Source: Cyanobacteriota bacterium | GTDB taxonomy: Bacteria; Cyanobacteriota; Cyanobacteriia; Cyanobacteriales; Nostocaceae | Direction: 5' to 3' | Assembly: GCA_046045965.1 (NCBI GenBank) | Contig: JBJOKS010000002.1 | Coordinates: 167,138 to 231,137 of the forward strand | DNA: 64,000 nucleotides | Shown here: positions 19,651 through 31,927 of the stretch, one piece after another | How positions within the stretch are numbered: position 1 is the first letter of the stretch | Layout: each line of letters opens with the position of its first letter | Translations under genes and position numbers: made by a program | Notes under the pieces: generated by a model | What the model was told of the DNA's origin: nothing | Seen by the model: the letters and a program-made list of their open reading frames with translations, nothing else | The model's database searches: none

Positions 19651-20631
19651 ATGCTACCTAAATATTCTTTTCTTGTCCCGATCTACAACGAAGAAGAAAC
19701 AATTTATGAAATGTATCGCCGTATTTCTCTGGTGATGAATCAGATGGATGGTTCAGTAGAATTGTGTTTGATTAATGATGGTAGTCGCGATCGCTCTTTA
19801 CAAATGATACGCGAATTACACCAAAAAGATCCCCGTGTAGTTTACTTGAGTCTGGCACGGAATTTTGGCCATCAAATTGCTGTTACAGCAGGGTTAAATT
19901 TTGTTCGTGGACAAATAGTTGTGATTTTAGATGCTGATTTACAAGATCCACCAGAATTAATTCCAGAAATGGTGGAACTCTGGAAACAAGGATATCAAAT
20001 TGTTTACGCTCAACGAACAAAACGCCGTCAAGAAGGTTTATTTAAACGTTTTACAGCTTATGCTTTTTATCGGATCTTGAAAAATCTCGCAGACGTTGAT
20101 ATTCCTACCGACACTGGAGATTTTTGTCTATTAGATCGCAAAGTTGTTGATGTACTCAATGCTATGCCAGAAAGAAACCGCTACATTCGAGGGTTACGCT
20201 CATGGGTTGGTTTTAATCAAACCGCCATCAGATTTGAAAGAGATCCTCGTTTTGCGGGTGATGTTAAATACACCTTTAACAAATCTTTTGCATTGGCAAT
20301 TAACGGACTAGTTTCTTTTTCCAAAGTACCGCTAAGGCTCTCAACCTATTTAGGATTGTTAGCTGCTATAGTTTCATTATTTATGTCTCTGCTGGTTTTG
20401 TACTGGCGACTTTTTACCCCCCATTCTCCCCTCACAGGCATTACTATAATTTTGATGATTGTCTTCTTTTTGGGAGCAGTACAACTAGTGAGTATTGGCA
20501 TTTTGGGTGAGTATATCGGGCGTATTTATGAAGAGGTGAAACAAAGACCTCTTTATACACTATCAGAAGTGGCAGGTTTTAATGAACAGTATCAGCAGGA
20601 TACTCAAAAACGAGCGACACTTGCAGAATAG
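19651..20631 (+). CDS. GT2 polyprenol-phosphate glycosyltransferase (GtrB/ArnC-like)
   Basis: [31 protein letters not shown], two C-terminal TMs and GEYIGRIY. Confidence 0.93.
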   Translation: MLPKYSFLVPIYNEEETIYEMYRRISLVMNQMDGSVELCLINDGSRDRSLQMIRELHQKDPRVVYLSLARNFGHQIAVTAGLNFVRGQIVVILDADLQDPPELIPEMVELWKQGYQIVYAQRTKRRQEGLFKRFTAYAFYRILKNLADVDIPTDTGDFCLLDRKVVDVLNAMPERNRYIRGLRSWVGFNQTAIRFERDPRFAGDVKYTFNKSFALAINGLVSFSKVPLRLSTYLGLLAAIVSLFMSLLVLYWRLFTPHSPLTGITIILMIVFFLGAVQLVSIGILGEYIGRIYEEVKQRPLYTLSEVAGFNEQYQQDTQKRATLAE

Positions 20632-20645
20632 GCTCTCAAACCAGC

Positions 20646-22334
20646 TTACTTCTTCACCGTCAAAGGTAAATTTACTCTAAAAGTAGAACCAGCACCAAGC
20701 TGACTTTTGACAATAATCTCACCTCCCAACATTTTGCAAAAATGACTGCTAATAGCTAATCCTAAGCCAGTACCACCATATTTCTTAGTAGTTGAATTAT
20801 CGCCTTGTGTAAAGGGTTGAAACAGCTGCTGCTGTTGACTGGGTGACATTCCAATACCTGTATCAGTGACAGTAAAGCTCATCATACCTAAAGGAGCTTC
20901 CTTAAGTAAGTTTGTTTTCTCATGCTTAACAGTCAAAGTCACTTTGCCGTTGGTTGTAAATTTAGCAGAATTGCTGAGTAAGTTTAATAATACTTGTCGC
21001 ATCCTCATTTGGTCAGCATACATTGTCCCCAGATTCTCATCACATTCCACTACTAAAGTATTGCCATTCTTTTCCATAGCTGGTTTAACTGTGAGAACAA
21101 TATTATTAATTAAATTTGTGATATCAAATGTTTCTGGGTAGAGAGTCATTTTTCCGGCTTCAATTTTGGACAAATCGAGGATATCGTTAATGAGTTCTAG
21201 TAAATGTCTACCAGCCGAATTGATAGTTTCTAAATCTGTAACAAATTCTGGGGTTGCACCAATATCAGCAGCATCATCTTTCAACAGTTGACTTAAACCA
21301 ATGACTGCATTTAACGGTGTACGTAACTCGTGACTGACATTAGCCAGAAATTGGCTTTTTGCCTTACTAGCAGCCTCAGCTAATTCTTTCGCTTGTTGTA
21401 GTTGTTTAGTTCGTTCAGATACTCTTTCAATCAAGCGATTGAGAGATTTAGCCAGCAAGCCAATTTCATCATCAGTGGTGATGGGAGCGCGTAAATCAAA
21501 ATTAGATTTTTTTGCCACCTGTTCAGCTACTTGAGTTACAGTAATTACAGGTTCAGCGATCGCTCGACTGGTACGCCAAGCCATCACAGAAGCAATAACT
21601 GCCGATACCAGCATACTGACTATGACAATTGCTCTTTCCACAAATCTCGCTTGCTCTACATCGCTTCGTCTTTCCTGCTCTTGTTGTTGAGCAGTTCGTA
21701 AAATTCTAGTCAAATTATCTGATAACTTATCTAGCTCCTCGACTGTGTGACTATTCATAATTGTCAGCAACTGCTCTCGTACTAAGTCCACTTGTTCTGG
21801 CTGCACGCTTTTGGTATCAAGTTGCTGCAAAATAGTTTCTATCTGGTCAATATAGGTTTTTAGGCTAGTAGAGTAATCGAATAATAAGGTTTGTAAAGTG
21901 CTGCTGTTGGCCGCTAATGTCTGTGGGTTACTGTTTATATATTCATAAATTTTTTGTTCTAATTTTTGAGCTTCGTCAAACGAATTGAGTAATTCAGATT
22001 TTTTCTTGTCTAGCCTTTGTGCATTATCCAACACAGCAACTAAGTTTGCAGCTCGGAATTGTGCCTCAATTACGGCATCTTTATAATTGTTGAGTAATTC
22101 TCCTTGCTGGTTTGCTTGATAGAATTGCCGAACTTCTCTTCCTCGATAGTAGTTGGCCAGCACCAACCCAGTCAGGGAACCAAAAAAGCCAATTCCAATA
22201 GCTACAAAGTAACCATAGCCAATCTTTTGATGGATACGCCATGAACTAGCCTTAAGTTTCCCACGGGAGGGAAATTCTATAGTTGGGAGTTCATCTATTT
22301 TTGGCTCTTGAGTTGACACTTTCTTGCTTTCCAA
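20646..22334 (-). CDS. Membrane sensor histidine kinase (2 TM, HAMP, HisKA, HATPase)
   Basis: DEIGLLA (HAMP), [24 protein letters not shown] and GTGLGL; start codon uncertain. Confidence 0.93.
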   Translation of the reverse strand: MESKKVSTQEPKIDELPTIEFPSRGKLKASSWRIHQKIGYGYFVAIGIGFFGSLTGLVLANYYRGREVRQFYQANQQGELLNNYKDAVIEAQFRAANLVAVLDNAQRLDKKKSELLNSFDEAQKLEQKIYEYINSNPQTLAANSSTLQTLLFDYSTSLKTYIDQIETILQQLDTKSVQPEQVDLVREQLLTIMNSHTVEELDKLSDNLTRILRTAQQQEQERRSDVEQARFVERAIVIVSMLVSAVIASVMAWRTSRAIAEPVITVTQVAEQVAKKSNFDLRAPITTDDEIGLLAKSLNRLIERVSERTKQLQQAKELAEAASKAKSQFLANVSHELRTPLNAVIGLSQLLKDDAADIGATPEFVTDLETINSAGRHLLELINDILDLSKIEAGKMTLYPETFDITNLINNIVLTVKPAMEKNGNTLVVECDENLGTMYADQMRMRQVLLNLLSNSAKFTTNGKVTLTVKHEKTNLLKEAPLGMMSFTVTDTGIGMSPSQQQQLFQPFTQGDNSTTKKYGGTGLGLAISSHFCKMLGGEIIVKSQLGAGSTFRVNLPLTVKK

Positions 22335-22798
22335 ACTTTTGTCAACAAAGGTGGGTTTTGGATCTGGCAGATCGGCAATTTATTCAAGCTCCCACAAATA
22401 TTACCAACTAAGTCTAGCCTTTATAATCACTCATAATGTGATTAAATTGGAATTTATCTTTTTTGATAACAGGAGTAAATCATTCTTTCCGAGATAATAA
22501 CATGGACTTATATTGATTAGTAAGGGAACTGATTTTTTTCAACCATCACATAGGAGTCCTACAGAAAGAAAAACAAGTAATTATATCATTAAATATAATC
22601 AATGTCCAGTCTATATGAACAGACAAAAGCAATTGTTACATATTAGTATCAATAATCAATAAGTTAATTGACGAATGCGGCTGAAGATAGCTTTAATATC
22701 AGATAAAATCAGCCTTTAGCCTTGTATCAATGACAGGTGTAGTGATTTGCCTGATTTGTACTGTAACAAGTACGATCTTAAGCAAATAACTTGAAGAA

Positions 22799-22962
22799 GG
22801 AGTCAGGAGTCAGTAGCCAGGAGTCAGAATCAATCAGTCGAGGATTGGGACCTGGGACTGATTAAAGACCACCAAATCGCAGATTTGGTGGGGGTCTGAA
22901 ACCCGGTTATTCATCCGCCGCTCGCACAGAATACCCAACTGAATTCTGACTCCTGACTCCTG
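22799..22962. mobile_element. MITE-like palindromic element with (GGAGTCA)n ends
   Basis: Left CAGGAGTCAGAAT is the inverse of right ATTCTGACTCCTG; internal hairpins AATCAGTC/GACTGATT and CACCAAATC/GATTTGGTG. Confidence 0.6.
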
Positions 22963-23219
22963 AATTCTGTTCGATAACATAGGATAATCACAAGCTCTTG
23001 GTCAAATCATTGGTGAATTTCAGAAACTTCTCGAAAATATCATCAACTGACTTTCTATCTTATAGTTGATGCAGTAGAGGTAAGGCAGTAATTATGTTTA
23101 TAGGAAATTCAAAACCCTTTTAAACCTAATTGTGCTGTTCCAGGATTCTATTGCCTACTCAACAGCCTTGTGGTCATAATTGTGCAGATTAGGAAAACTC
23201 GACTGTCAAAATTATAGGA

Positions 23220-23654
23220 GTGAAAATGCAAGAACCAGAATACACAGAAACCAAGTCAAAAGATACAACAATTCCAGATATCAACACCCAACCAGGAAGC
23301 ATCACCAAACTTCAGCCTCCTGTACAGTCTCAAGAACAATGGCTCAAATATGGGCAGCAAATTTCTGGCTTTCTAGGTACATTACCTGACTACGTAGGTA
23401 ACTTTTTTAATCAATACAAGCAGCCTATAGTTAGCGTTGGATTAGTGATTACAGCAATTGTCACCGTTAAGGTACTATTGGCTGTACTAGATTCTCTCAA
23501 TGATATTCCTTTAGTAGCACCTACCTTTGAGTTGATTGGTATTGGTTATTCTGCTTGGTTTGTTTATCGCTATTTACTCAAAGCTTCATCTCGGCAAGAG
23601 TTAACCAGTGAAATTACAACCCTCAAATCACAAGTTGTAGGTAAAGACTCTTAA
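23220..23654 (+). CDS. CAAD-domain protein (CurT/CURVATURE THYLAKOID1-like)
   Basis: AVLDSLNDIPLVAPTFELIGIGYSAWFVYRYLLK..RQEL signature. Confidence 0.88.
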   Translation: MKMQEPEYTETKSKDTTIPDINTQPGSITKLQPPVQSQEQWLKYGQQISGFLGTLPDYVGNFFNQYKQPIVSVGLVITAIVTVKVLLAVLDSLNDIPLVAPTFELIGIGYSAWFVYRYLLKASSRQELTSEITTLKSQVVGKDS

Positions 23655-23665
23655 GAATTTTAAGA

Positions 23666-23696
<31 letters not shown>

Positions 23697-23736
23697 AAGA
23701 ATTAATTTTTCCCCCTGCACCCTGCTCCCTACCTCC

Positions 23737-25026
23737 TCAAAGCACTCTTAAGATGCTGGGAATGCTGTCTATGGCTTCTAGGGTTTGAATTTCGGCTAAA
23801 GCTTGTCTAAAGTCCCCTTCTCTGACATCGTGGGTGACAACGACAATTTCCGCTAGTTCTGCCTGAAAACCTGTTTGTACAACTGACTCTAAACTCACGC
23901 CATATTTGCCAAAAATAGTACCCAATTTACCAATCACACCTGGTTGATCTTTTGTTAAAAACCGAGCATAAAATCGGGTGACGAGTTGGTCAATGGGGGC
24001 AATTTGAGAGTAATGTTGATGACTACAAGCTAATAGGGGATTTGGTTTGGGGGTATTAGTTTTCAGAGTTGCGACAAGATTGAGTATATCCGAGCAGACC
24101 GCACTAGCAGTAGCACCTGCACCGGCACCAGGTCCAAAGAACATGACTTGGCCAATGGGTTCACCTTCAACGAGAATGGCATTATAAACACCGTTAATAC
24201 TAGCCAAAGGATGAGTTTGGGGTACTAAGGTAGGATTAACTCTGACCGACAACTGAGAGTTATCATCGGTTTGGCCTTTGGCGATCGCCAGTAGTTTAAT
24301 CACAAATCCCAATTTGGCAGCATAGGCAATATCTGTCTTGGTGACTTGGCGAATGCCTTCACAATATACATCTTGGAGATTAATCCGCCCACCAAAGCCT
24401 AAAGATGCCAAGATAGCGATTTTATCGGCTGCATCTAAGCCATCGACATCAGCAGTAGGGTCAGCTTCAGCATAACCTAAACGTTGAGCATCAGCTAAAA
24501 CATCATCGAAGTCGCTACCTTCCGTTTGCATCCTGGTGAGGATGTAATTAGTTGTACCATTGACAATGCCAGTGATGGCATGGATCTGGTTGACACTTAA
24601 AGACTGCTTCAGGGGTTGAATTACGGGGATACCTCCGCCTACAGAGGCTTCTAGCATCACATATACCCCGGCTTCGTTGGCAGCGGTAAATATTTCCGCT
24701 CCAAATCGAGAGATGGCGGCTTTATTGGCTGTGACTACGTGCTTACCATTTTTAATAGCGGTGAGGATGAGCGATCGCGCTGGTTCCAATCCGCCCATAA
24801 CTTCAACAATTATATCTATCTCTGGATCATTGACAATAGCTTCTAAATCTGTAGTTACTATCCCGGTTGGTAATTCTACCGGACGGGCTTTGTCAAGCGA
24901 TCGCACTCCTACTCGATATATTTCTATTTCTGATAACAGTGGGTGACGACCTTTCTGGTCTTGCAATAATTGCACAGTCCCCGTTCCCACAGTACCTAAT
25001 CCTAATATTCCTAGTTTAACACCCAC
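23737..25026 (-). CDS. hom: Homoserine dehydrogenase with C-terminal ACT domain
   Basis: GLGTVG, VVTANKA, EASVGGGIP, NGTTNYIL, GYAEADPTADVDG and GPGAG; GTG 25026 likely start. Confidence 0.96.
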   Translation of the reverse strand: MGVKLGILGLGTVGTGTVQLLQDQKGRHPLLSEIEIYRVGVRSLDKARPVELPTGIVTTDLEAIVNDPEIDIIVEVMGGLEPARSLILTAIKNGKHVVTANKAAISRFGAEIFTAANEAGVYVMLEASVGGGIPVIQPLKQSLSVNQIHAITGIVNGTTNYILTRMQTEGSDFDDVLADAQRLGYAEADPTADVDGLDAADKIAILASLGFGGRINLQDVYCEGIRQVTKTDIAYAAKLGFVIKLLAIAKGQTDDNSQLSVRVNPTLVPQTHPLASINGVYNAILVEGEPIGQVMFFGPGAGAGATASAVCSDILNLVATLKTNTPKPNPLLACSHQHYSQIAPIDQLVTRFYARFLTKDQPGVIGKLGTIFGKYGVSLESVVQTGFQAELAEIVVVTHDVREGDFRQALAEIQTLEAIDSIPSILRVL

Positions 25027-25145
25027 AGATTTTGCACCCAAATTTCAAAATTTAATATTTGACTACTGTCACCTTCTATATATATTCATAACAAAACAAT
25101 TGTAGGTAGAGCATTAGCCCTACCTACTAATTATCCTTTGTCTAG

Positions 25146-25174
25146 TGACCAATGACCAATGACCAATGACCAAT
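25146..25174 (+). repeat. STRR2-type heptamer repeat (TGACCAA)n
   Basis: tgaccaatgaccaatgaccaatgaccaat. Confidence 0.9.
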
Positions 25175-25181
25175 AAGCAAA

Positions 25182-26528
<1,347 letters not shown>

Positions 26529-26914
26529 TTAACCGTTTATCAAAAAATAATTCTCATCCTATGCCAGCTTTAGTTTACCGGATTTTCGTTGCACAAAACT
26601 GGCCTTCTGAGAAAAGGACATCATTCTCATGATGCCTTGCTAAGTACATTCGGCAAAGACATATCGGGCATGATAAAAAACACACCTGTTCATCTTCTAA
26701 ATTTAGATGATCAGTCTTTGACAGAATGTTAATATGAATCAATTTAATTTTTTTTTCGGTAATTACATGGTTATCAATTCTCCCAATAACATAGATATAT
26801 ATTCTGACACCGCTACAAAGCAAAAATAAATATTTAAATTTCTTGGCTAGGTATCCTCAAGAAATTATACCCTTTTTTTAACTATATCTACTAGAGAAAT
26901 TTATTTAGGCAATA

Positions 26915-27077
26915 TATAGGAATCCTATTTGATTTTTGATAGCTTGTGTGGCGTAGCCATACAAGACTCAGTACACACTGAAATCCTTCTTACCTGTTCC
27001 CTGTTCCCTACCTCAACAAAAAATATGGCTTACGCCACGCTACGCGGACATAAATCAAATCAAATCAAATCGCTATA
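26915..27077. mobile_element. MITE-like element with imperfect TIRs and nested small inverted repeats
   Basis: TATAGGAATCCTATTTGATTT vs reverse complement of AAATCAAATCAAATCGCTATA; TA-rich flanks; inner GTGGCGTAGCCATA / TATGGCTTACGCCAC. Confidence 0.6.
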
Positions 27078-27433
27078 TATATTTTTGTATGGGTAATGAT
27101 GCTTTATGATCTTTTGCTGGCTAAAATCTAAAATATTGTTTAAGAATGCTCGATACACTATAGGATTGTTTTTAACAGCAAATCTTGTTACAAAATACAT
27201 CTTTCTGTTAAAATCTAGTATACCACTAGGATTAAATACTTACCAGCCCAGAATTCAGGATAGTTGAACTAAGTAACAAGTATAACTTTGTTCACCACTG
27301 GTCTGATATGCTGTTTTTATGCTGGGTAGCCAGAACACAGGACCTTACCTTTGGGGTAAACTCCTGGCTTCAAAAATCTGTTGTGAGAAAAAATATTGAT
27401 TGACACATCTTTTTTAGTATTTAGAGGAGATTT

Positions 27434-28438
27434 ATGACAAGTAAGCCGGAACGCGTGGTACTGATTGGAGTAGCCGGAGACTCAGGGTGCGGTAAATCTA
27501 CGTTTTTGCGTCGATTGATCGATTTATTTGGTGAAGAATTAATGACAGTTATCTGCTTGGATGACTATCATTCCCTAGACCGCAAACAACGCAAAGAAAC
27601 AGGAATAACCGCGCTCGACCCCAGAGCTAACAATTTTGACCTCATGTATGAGCAAATTAAAGCTCTGAAAGAAGGTCAAGCGGTTGATAAGCCGATTTAC
27701 AACCACGAAACCGGCATGATCGATCCTCCAGAAAGGATTGAACCCAACCACATTATAGTAGTTGAGGGACTGCATCCTTTATATGATGAACGGGTGAGAG
27801 CCTTACTTGATTTCAGTGTTTACTTTGACATCAGTGATGAAGTCAAAATTGCTTGGAAGATTCAACGCGATATGGCTGAACGTGGCCACCGCTATGAAGA
27901 TGTTTTAGCCCAAATCAATTCTCGCAAACCTGACTTTGACAAGTTCATTGAACCCCAAAGAGAATTTGCGGATGTGGTTTTACAAGTATTACCCACCAAC
28001 TTAATCAAAAACGACACCGAGCGCAAAGTTCTGCGGGTACGGATGTTGCAACGGGAAGGTAAAGAAGGGTTTGCTCCAGCTTACTTGTTTGACGAAGGTT
28101 CAACCATCCAGTGGACTCCTTGCGGACGTAAACTGACTTGTTCTTACCCTGGTATGCAAATGTACTATGGTTCAGACGTGTATTATGGTCGTTACGTCTC
28201 TGTCTTGGAAGTAGATGGTCAGTTTGATAACCTGGATGAAGTAATTTACATCGAAAACCATCTCAGCAATACATCTACTAAATACGTAGGTGAGATGACT
28301 CACTTATTACTACAACACCGCGAGTATCCAGGTTCCAATAATGGTACTGGTTTGTTCCAAGTGCTGACAGGGTTGAAAATGCGCTCTGTTTATGAGCGTT
28401 TGACAGCTAAGGAAGCAAAGTTAGCGGTTCAAGTCTAA
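27434..28438 (+). CDS. prk: Phosphoribulokinase
   Basis: GVAGDSGCGKST, CLDDYHSLDR, EGLHP and WKIQRDMAERGH; AGGAG RBS. Confidence 0.98.
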   Translation: MTSKPERVVLIGVAGDSGCGKSTFLRRLIDLFGEELMTVICLDDYHSLDRKQRKETGITALDPRANNFDLMYEQIKALKEGQAVDKPIYNHETGMIDPPERIEPNHIIVVEGLHPLYDERVRALLDFSVYFDISDEVKIAWKIQRDMAERGHRYEDVLAQINSRKPDFDKFIEPQREFADVVLQVLPTNLIKNDTERKVLRVRMLQREGKEGFAPAYLFDEGSTIQWTPCGRKLTCSYPGMQMYYGSDVYYGRYVSVLEVDGQFDNLDEVIYIENHLSNTSTKYVGEMTHLLLQHREYPGSNNGTGLFQVLTGLKMRSVYERLTAKEAKLAVQV

Positions 28439-28456
28439 AGTCACCAATGCTGGTAA

Positions 28457-28500
28457 ATACAAAAGGGGGTTCATCTGTTGGGTGTACCCCTTTTTTGTAT
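28457..28500 (+). terminator. Terminator of prk
   Basis: ATACAAAAGGGGGT...ACCCCTTTTTTGTAT hairpin. Confidence 0.8.
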
Positions 28501-28511
28501 CAATGTGGAGA

Positions 28512-28647
28512 CAATACTGTTTGGTTAAGAGTTTTCGTAGGTTGGGTTGAACAAAGTGAAACCCAACAAACCCTTGTAAATGTTGGGTTTCCTAGCGTCA
28601 ACCCAACCTACATAATTATATATTTTGGGCTTAACCGAAAAGTATTG
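28512..28647. mobile_element. 136-bp MITE with 18-bp TIRs and a 10-bp target-site duplication (Nezha-like)
   Basis: TIRs CAATACTGTTTGGTTAAG / CTTAACCGAAAAGTATTG (16 of 18 match); AATGTGGAGA duplicated at 28502-28511 and 28648-28657. Confidence 0.9.
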
Positions 28648-28827
28648 AATGTGGAGATGTCTAATTAATTCTTACACTTTGAGAACTCCTGCTAGAGAAA
28701 TTTTTCGTGAGATCAGAAGACACTCATGATTAAGTGTGTAAATATGGTTATGATTTCAGAAATTAGTAGCTGAACTAAAATACCCAAATTTAGTCAGTGA
28801 TGAAAATTCTTCAAGGAGGAACTTCCT

Positions 28828-30102
28828 TTGTCTCGACGCTATTTATTTACCTCCGAGTCTGTAACTGAAGGTCATCCAGATAAAATATGTGATCAAATTT
28901 CCGATACTATTCTGGATGCTTTACTGTCAGAAGATCCTGCTAGTAGGGTTGCTGCTGAAGTAGTAGTTAATACTGGGCTGGTTCTAATTACTGGTGAAAT
29001 TACCACCAAAGCAAATGTAAATTTTGTCAATTTAGCGCGGAAGAAAATTGCGGAAATTGGCTACACTGATGCAGTCAACGGCTTTTCTGCCAATAGTGCT
29101 AGTGTACTGGTAGCTTTGGATGAACAATCACCTGATATTGCTCAAGGTGTAAATACTGCCCAAGAAACCCGCGCTGAGGATAGTGAAGAACTATTCGATA
29201 AAATTGGGGCTGGTGATCAAGGTATCATGTTCGGTTTTGCTTGTAACGAAACACCAGAATTGATGCCTTTGCCGATTAGTCTAGCACACCGCATCGCCCG
29301 GAGATTGGCAGCAGTAAGGAAAACAGGTGATTTGCCATACCTGCGTCCTGATGGGAAAACCCAAGTTACCGTAGTTTATGAAGATGGCAAACCCGTAGGT
29401 ATTGACACAATTTTGATTTCCACCCAGCATACACCTAATATTGGGGATATTACTGATGATGCTGCAGTGCAAGCTAAGATTAAAGAAGACCTGTGGGCTG
29501 CGGTGGTGATACCCGTGTTTGGCGATATTGAAGTTAAGCCAACGGAAGATACACGCTTTCTAGTTAATCCTACGGGTAAATTTGTGATCGGTGGACCTCA
29601 AGGAGATTCTGGCCTAACGGGACGGAAAATCATTGTGGATACCTATGGTGGTTATTCTCGACATGGTGGTGGTGCTTTCTCTGGTAAAGACCCCACAAAG
29701 GTAGACCGTTCTGCGGCTTATGCTGCTCGTTATGCGGCGAAAAATATTGTCGCGGCTGGGTTAGCAGACAAATGTGAAGTGCAGTTAAGTTATGCCATTG
29801 GTGTAGCGCGACCTGTAAGCATTTTTGTGGATACCTTTGGGACTGGGAAGGTTGATGATGAAATTTTGCTGGAATTAGTCAAAGATAACTTTGAACTGCG
29901 TCCAGCAGGAATTATCCACACTTTCAATTTGCGTAACTTACCCAGTGAAAGAGGCGGACGTTTCTATCAGGACGTTGCAGCTTATGGTCATTTGGGAAGA
30001 ACTGATTTAGATTTACCTTGGGAACGCACTGACAAGGTGGATGTGTTAAAGCAAGCAGCTAATAAGTTGCTTTCGGACGCTATCGCACCTGCATTAACTT
30101 AA
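28828..30102 (+). CDS. metK: S-adenosylmethionine synthetase
   Basis: [28 protein letters not shown] and [11 protein letters not shown] start with AAGGAGG RBS. Confidence 0.98.
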   Translation: MSRRYLFTSESVTEGHPDKICDQISDTILDALLSEDPASRVAAEVVVNTGLVLITGEITTKANVNFVNLARKKIAEIGYTDAVNGFSANSASVLVALDEQSPDIAQGVNTAQETRAEDSEELFDKIGAGDQGIMFGFACNETPELMPLPISLAHRIARRLAAVRKTGDLPYLRPDGKTQVTVVYEDGKPVGIDTILISTQHTPNIGDITDDAAVQAKIKEDLWAAVVIPVFGDIEVKPTEDTRFLVNPTGKFVIGGPQGDSGLTGRKIIVDTYGGYSRHGGGAFSGKDPTKVDRSAAYAARYAAKNIVAAGLADKCEVQLSYAIGVARPVSIFVDTFGTGKVDDEILLELVKDNFELRPAGIIHTFNLRNLPSERGGRFYQDVAAYGHLGRTDLDLPWERTDKVDVLKQAANKLLSDAIAPALT

Positions 30103-30115
30103 AAAACTAAAAACC

Positions 30116-30150
30116 TAAATCCCCGAATTCTCAAAGAAGTCGGGGATTTA
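30116..30150. terminator. Palindromic repeat/terminator between metK and the convergent gene
   Basis: TAAATCCCCGA.TTCT-CAA-AGAAGTCGGGGATTTA; degenerate relative at 47455-47485. Confidence 0.75.
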
Positions 30151-30226
30151 TGGTGATTAGGATATCAGCTGCTGACAAAATTAAGATCCAACCAGACTTT
30201 CTTTCAATTCTGTCACCTGCTGTAGC

Positions 30227-30682
30227 TTATTCCCAGTCAGGAACTGTTGCGTCTTCTCCACCAATACCGATACCAGTGTTATATATTTCTGCATCAGTAA
30301 TGGTTAGGTTATTCATTGATGCTTGATAGACGTTGGAATCGTTAATAACAGCACTGGTGAGGTTGACACCGTTGAGATTAGCTTGTTTTAAATTGACGTT
30401 GGTGACAAAAGCTGATGTTAAATTTGCACCTGCCAAATTTGCTCCTGTGAGGTCAGCACCTTCGAGGTTAGCTTCTGTTAAGTTAGCTCCTTGGAGATTT
30501 GCACCTCTTAAGTCTGCACCGATTAAATGAGCGCCACTGAGGTTGACTCCTGATAGTTCACAGCGTTGACATTCCCCAGTTGACAAAAGTTTTTGTAGGT
30601 CTTGAGTATTCCCAGCTTGGACTGAGTTGGCGAAAAATAGGGGCGCGGCTAAGGCTATAGCGGCTAATAGCTGGCGTTTCAT
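30227..30682 (-). CDS. Secreted/lumenal pentapeptide-repeat protein
   Basis: Signal peptide ending VQA, CxxC (CQRC) and tandem A(D/N)LxG repeats. Confidence 0.93.
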   Translation of the reverse strand: MKRQLLAAIALAAPLFFANSVQAGNTQDLQKLLSTGECQRCELSGVNLSGAHLIGADLRGANLQGANLTEANLEGADLTGANLAGANLTSAFVTNVNLKQANLNGVNLTSAVINDSNVYQASMNNLTITDAEIYNTGIGIGGEDATVPDWE

Positions 30683-30972
30683 AATTTCCCCCTTCCTTTT
30701 ATAGAGTAGAATCCGTTCTTTTCCTCACAATTTAATTATCTCACCAAATGGCTAAATAATGTTGATTTATCTCACAAATTCGATGTGATTTTTAATCAAA
30801 TGGCTATTGATGCTATAACTCTGACTGGAGTTGGGTTTGAGCTAGATATAAATGCGGAAGTTGGGGAAATTTAGGATGTTAAATTTTGTGTTAAATATTT
30901 TCAAGTTGGATTTTTTTAAGCATATTTGGGTTTGTTAGTAAATGAGTAATTTTTCTTATTAAATAGGTGCTT

Positions 30973-31833
30973 TTAGGAAAGAAAGTCTCGCATATACTCT
31001 GTCACTAATTCTGGCTGTTCTTGTTGGACCCAATGACCAGAATTAGGAATATATTTGATTTGTAAGTTTCTGACATATTCTTGAGTACCATAGGTTAATT
31101 CTTTACCTAGTGCGGTGTCATGTTCTCCCCAGATCATGAGGGTGGGAACTTCCAGAATAGGCCAGGTTTTATTGGGGGTTAATTGGGAAAATAAGTTGCG
31201 GTAATAGTTTAACATAGCTGTAATTGCACCTCGTTTGGCGGCTGCATTTTTGTAGGCTTCAATATCTGCTTTGGTGAAGGCGTTTTTATTAAAAGCTGTA
31301 CCTTGAATTGCTTTGGCTATGGCTTCATAGTCAGAAGCTTGCAGGAGTAGTTCGGGAAGTAGAGGGAGTTGAAATAAGAAGATATAATAACTGCGTAATA
31401 GTTGCTGAGGAGTGCTTAAACCCTGAGTAAATTTGGCAGGATGGGGGAGGTTGAGTATAATTAGCTTTTCTACCATATGTGGGTGAGCGTAGGCAAAATT
31501 CCAAGCGATCGCACCACCCCAGTCATGAGCGACTAAAACACAACTTTCATATCCTAAACCTTTAATTACTCCTTCAATGTCTTTAATAAATTCATCCATT
31601 ACATAAGCAGACTGTGCTTGGGGTTTATCACTATCGTTATAACCGCGTAAATCAAGGGCAACAACCTGGTAATCTTGAGCAAATGCAGGTATTTGATGCC
31701 GCCATGAGTACCAAAATTCAGGAAACCCATGCAACATTAACATTAACGGTCCTTCCCCTTGAGTGACATAATGTAATGTGATGTCATTGGTGGTTATATA
31801 GGCGTGTGTCCAGGAATTTTCGATGATAGACAT
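30973..31833 (-). CDS. Alpha/beta hydrolase, epoxide-hydrolase-like
   Basis: HGFPEFWYSW, DLRGY, HDWGG nucleophile elbow and GHWVQQE. Confidence 0.92.
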   Translation of the reverse strand: MSIIENSWTHAYITTNDITLHYVTQGEGPLMLMLHGFPEFWYSWRHQIPAFAQDYQVVALDLRGYNDSDKPQAQSAYVMDEFIKDIEGVIKGLGYESCVLVAHDWGGAIAWNFAYAHPHMVEKLIILNLPHPAKFTQGLSTPQQLLRSYYIFLFQLPLLPELLLQASDYEAIAKAIQGTAFNKNAFTKADIEAYKNAAAKRGAITAMLNYYRNLFSQLTPNKTWPILEVPTLMIWGEHDTALGKELTYGTQEYVRNLQIKYIPNSGHWVQQEQPELVTEYMRDFLS

Positions 31834-31927
31834 AAGATTTGATAGATTTAAAGCTTCTGTAATTTTTACTAAAAGTAATTATACAAAGTATTTTCTAGGA
31901 AAACATCTATAAAAAGTTAGGTTGTAA

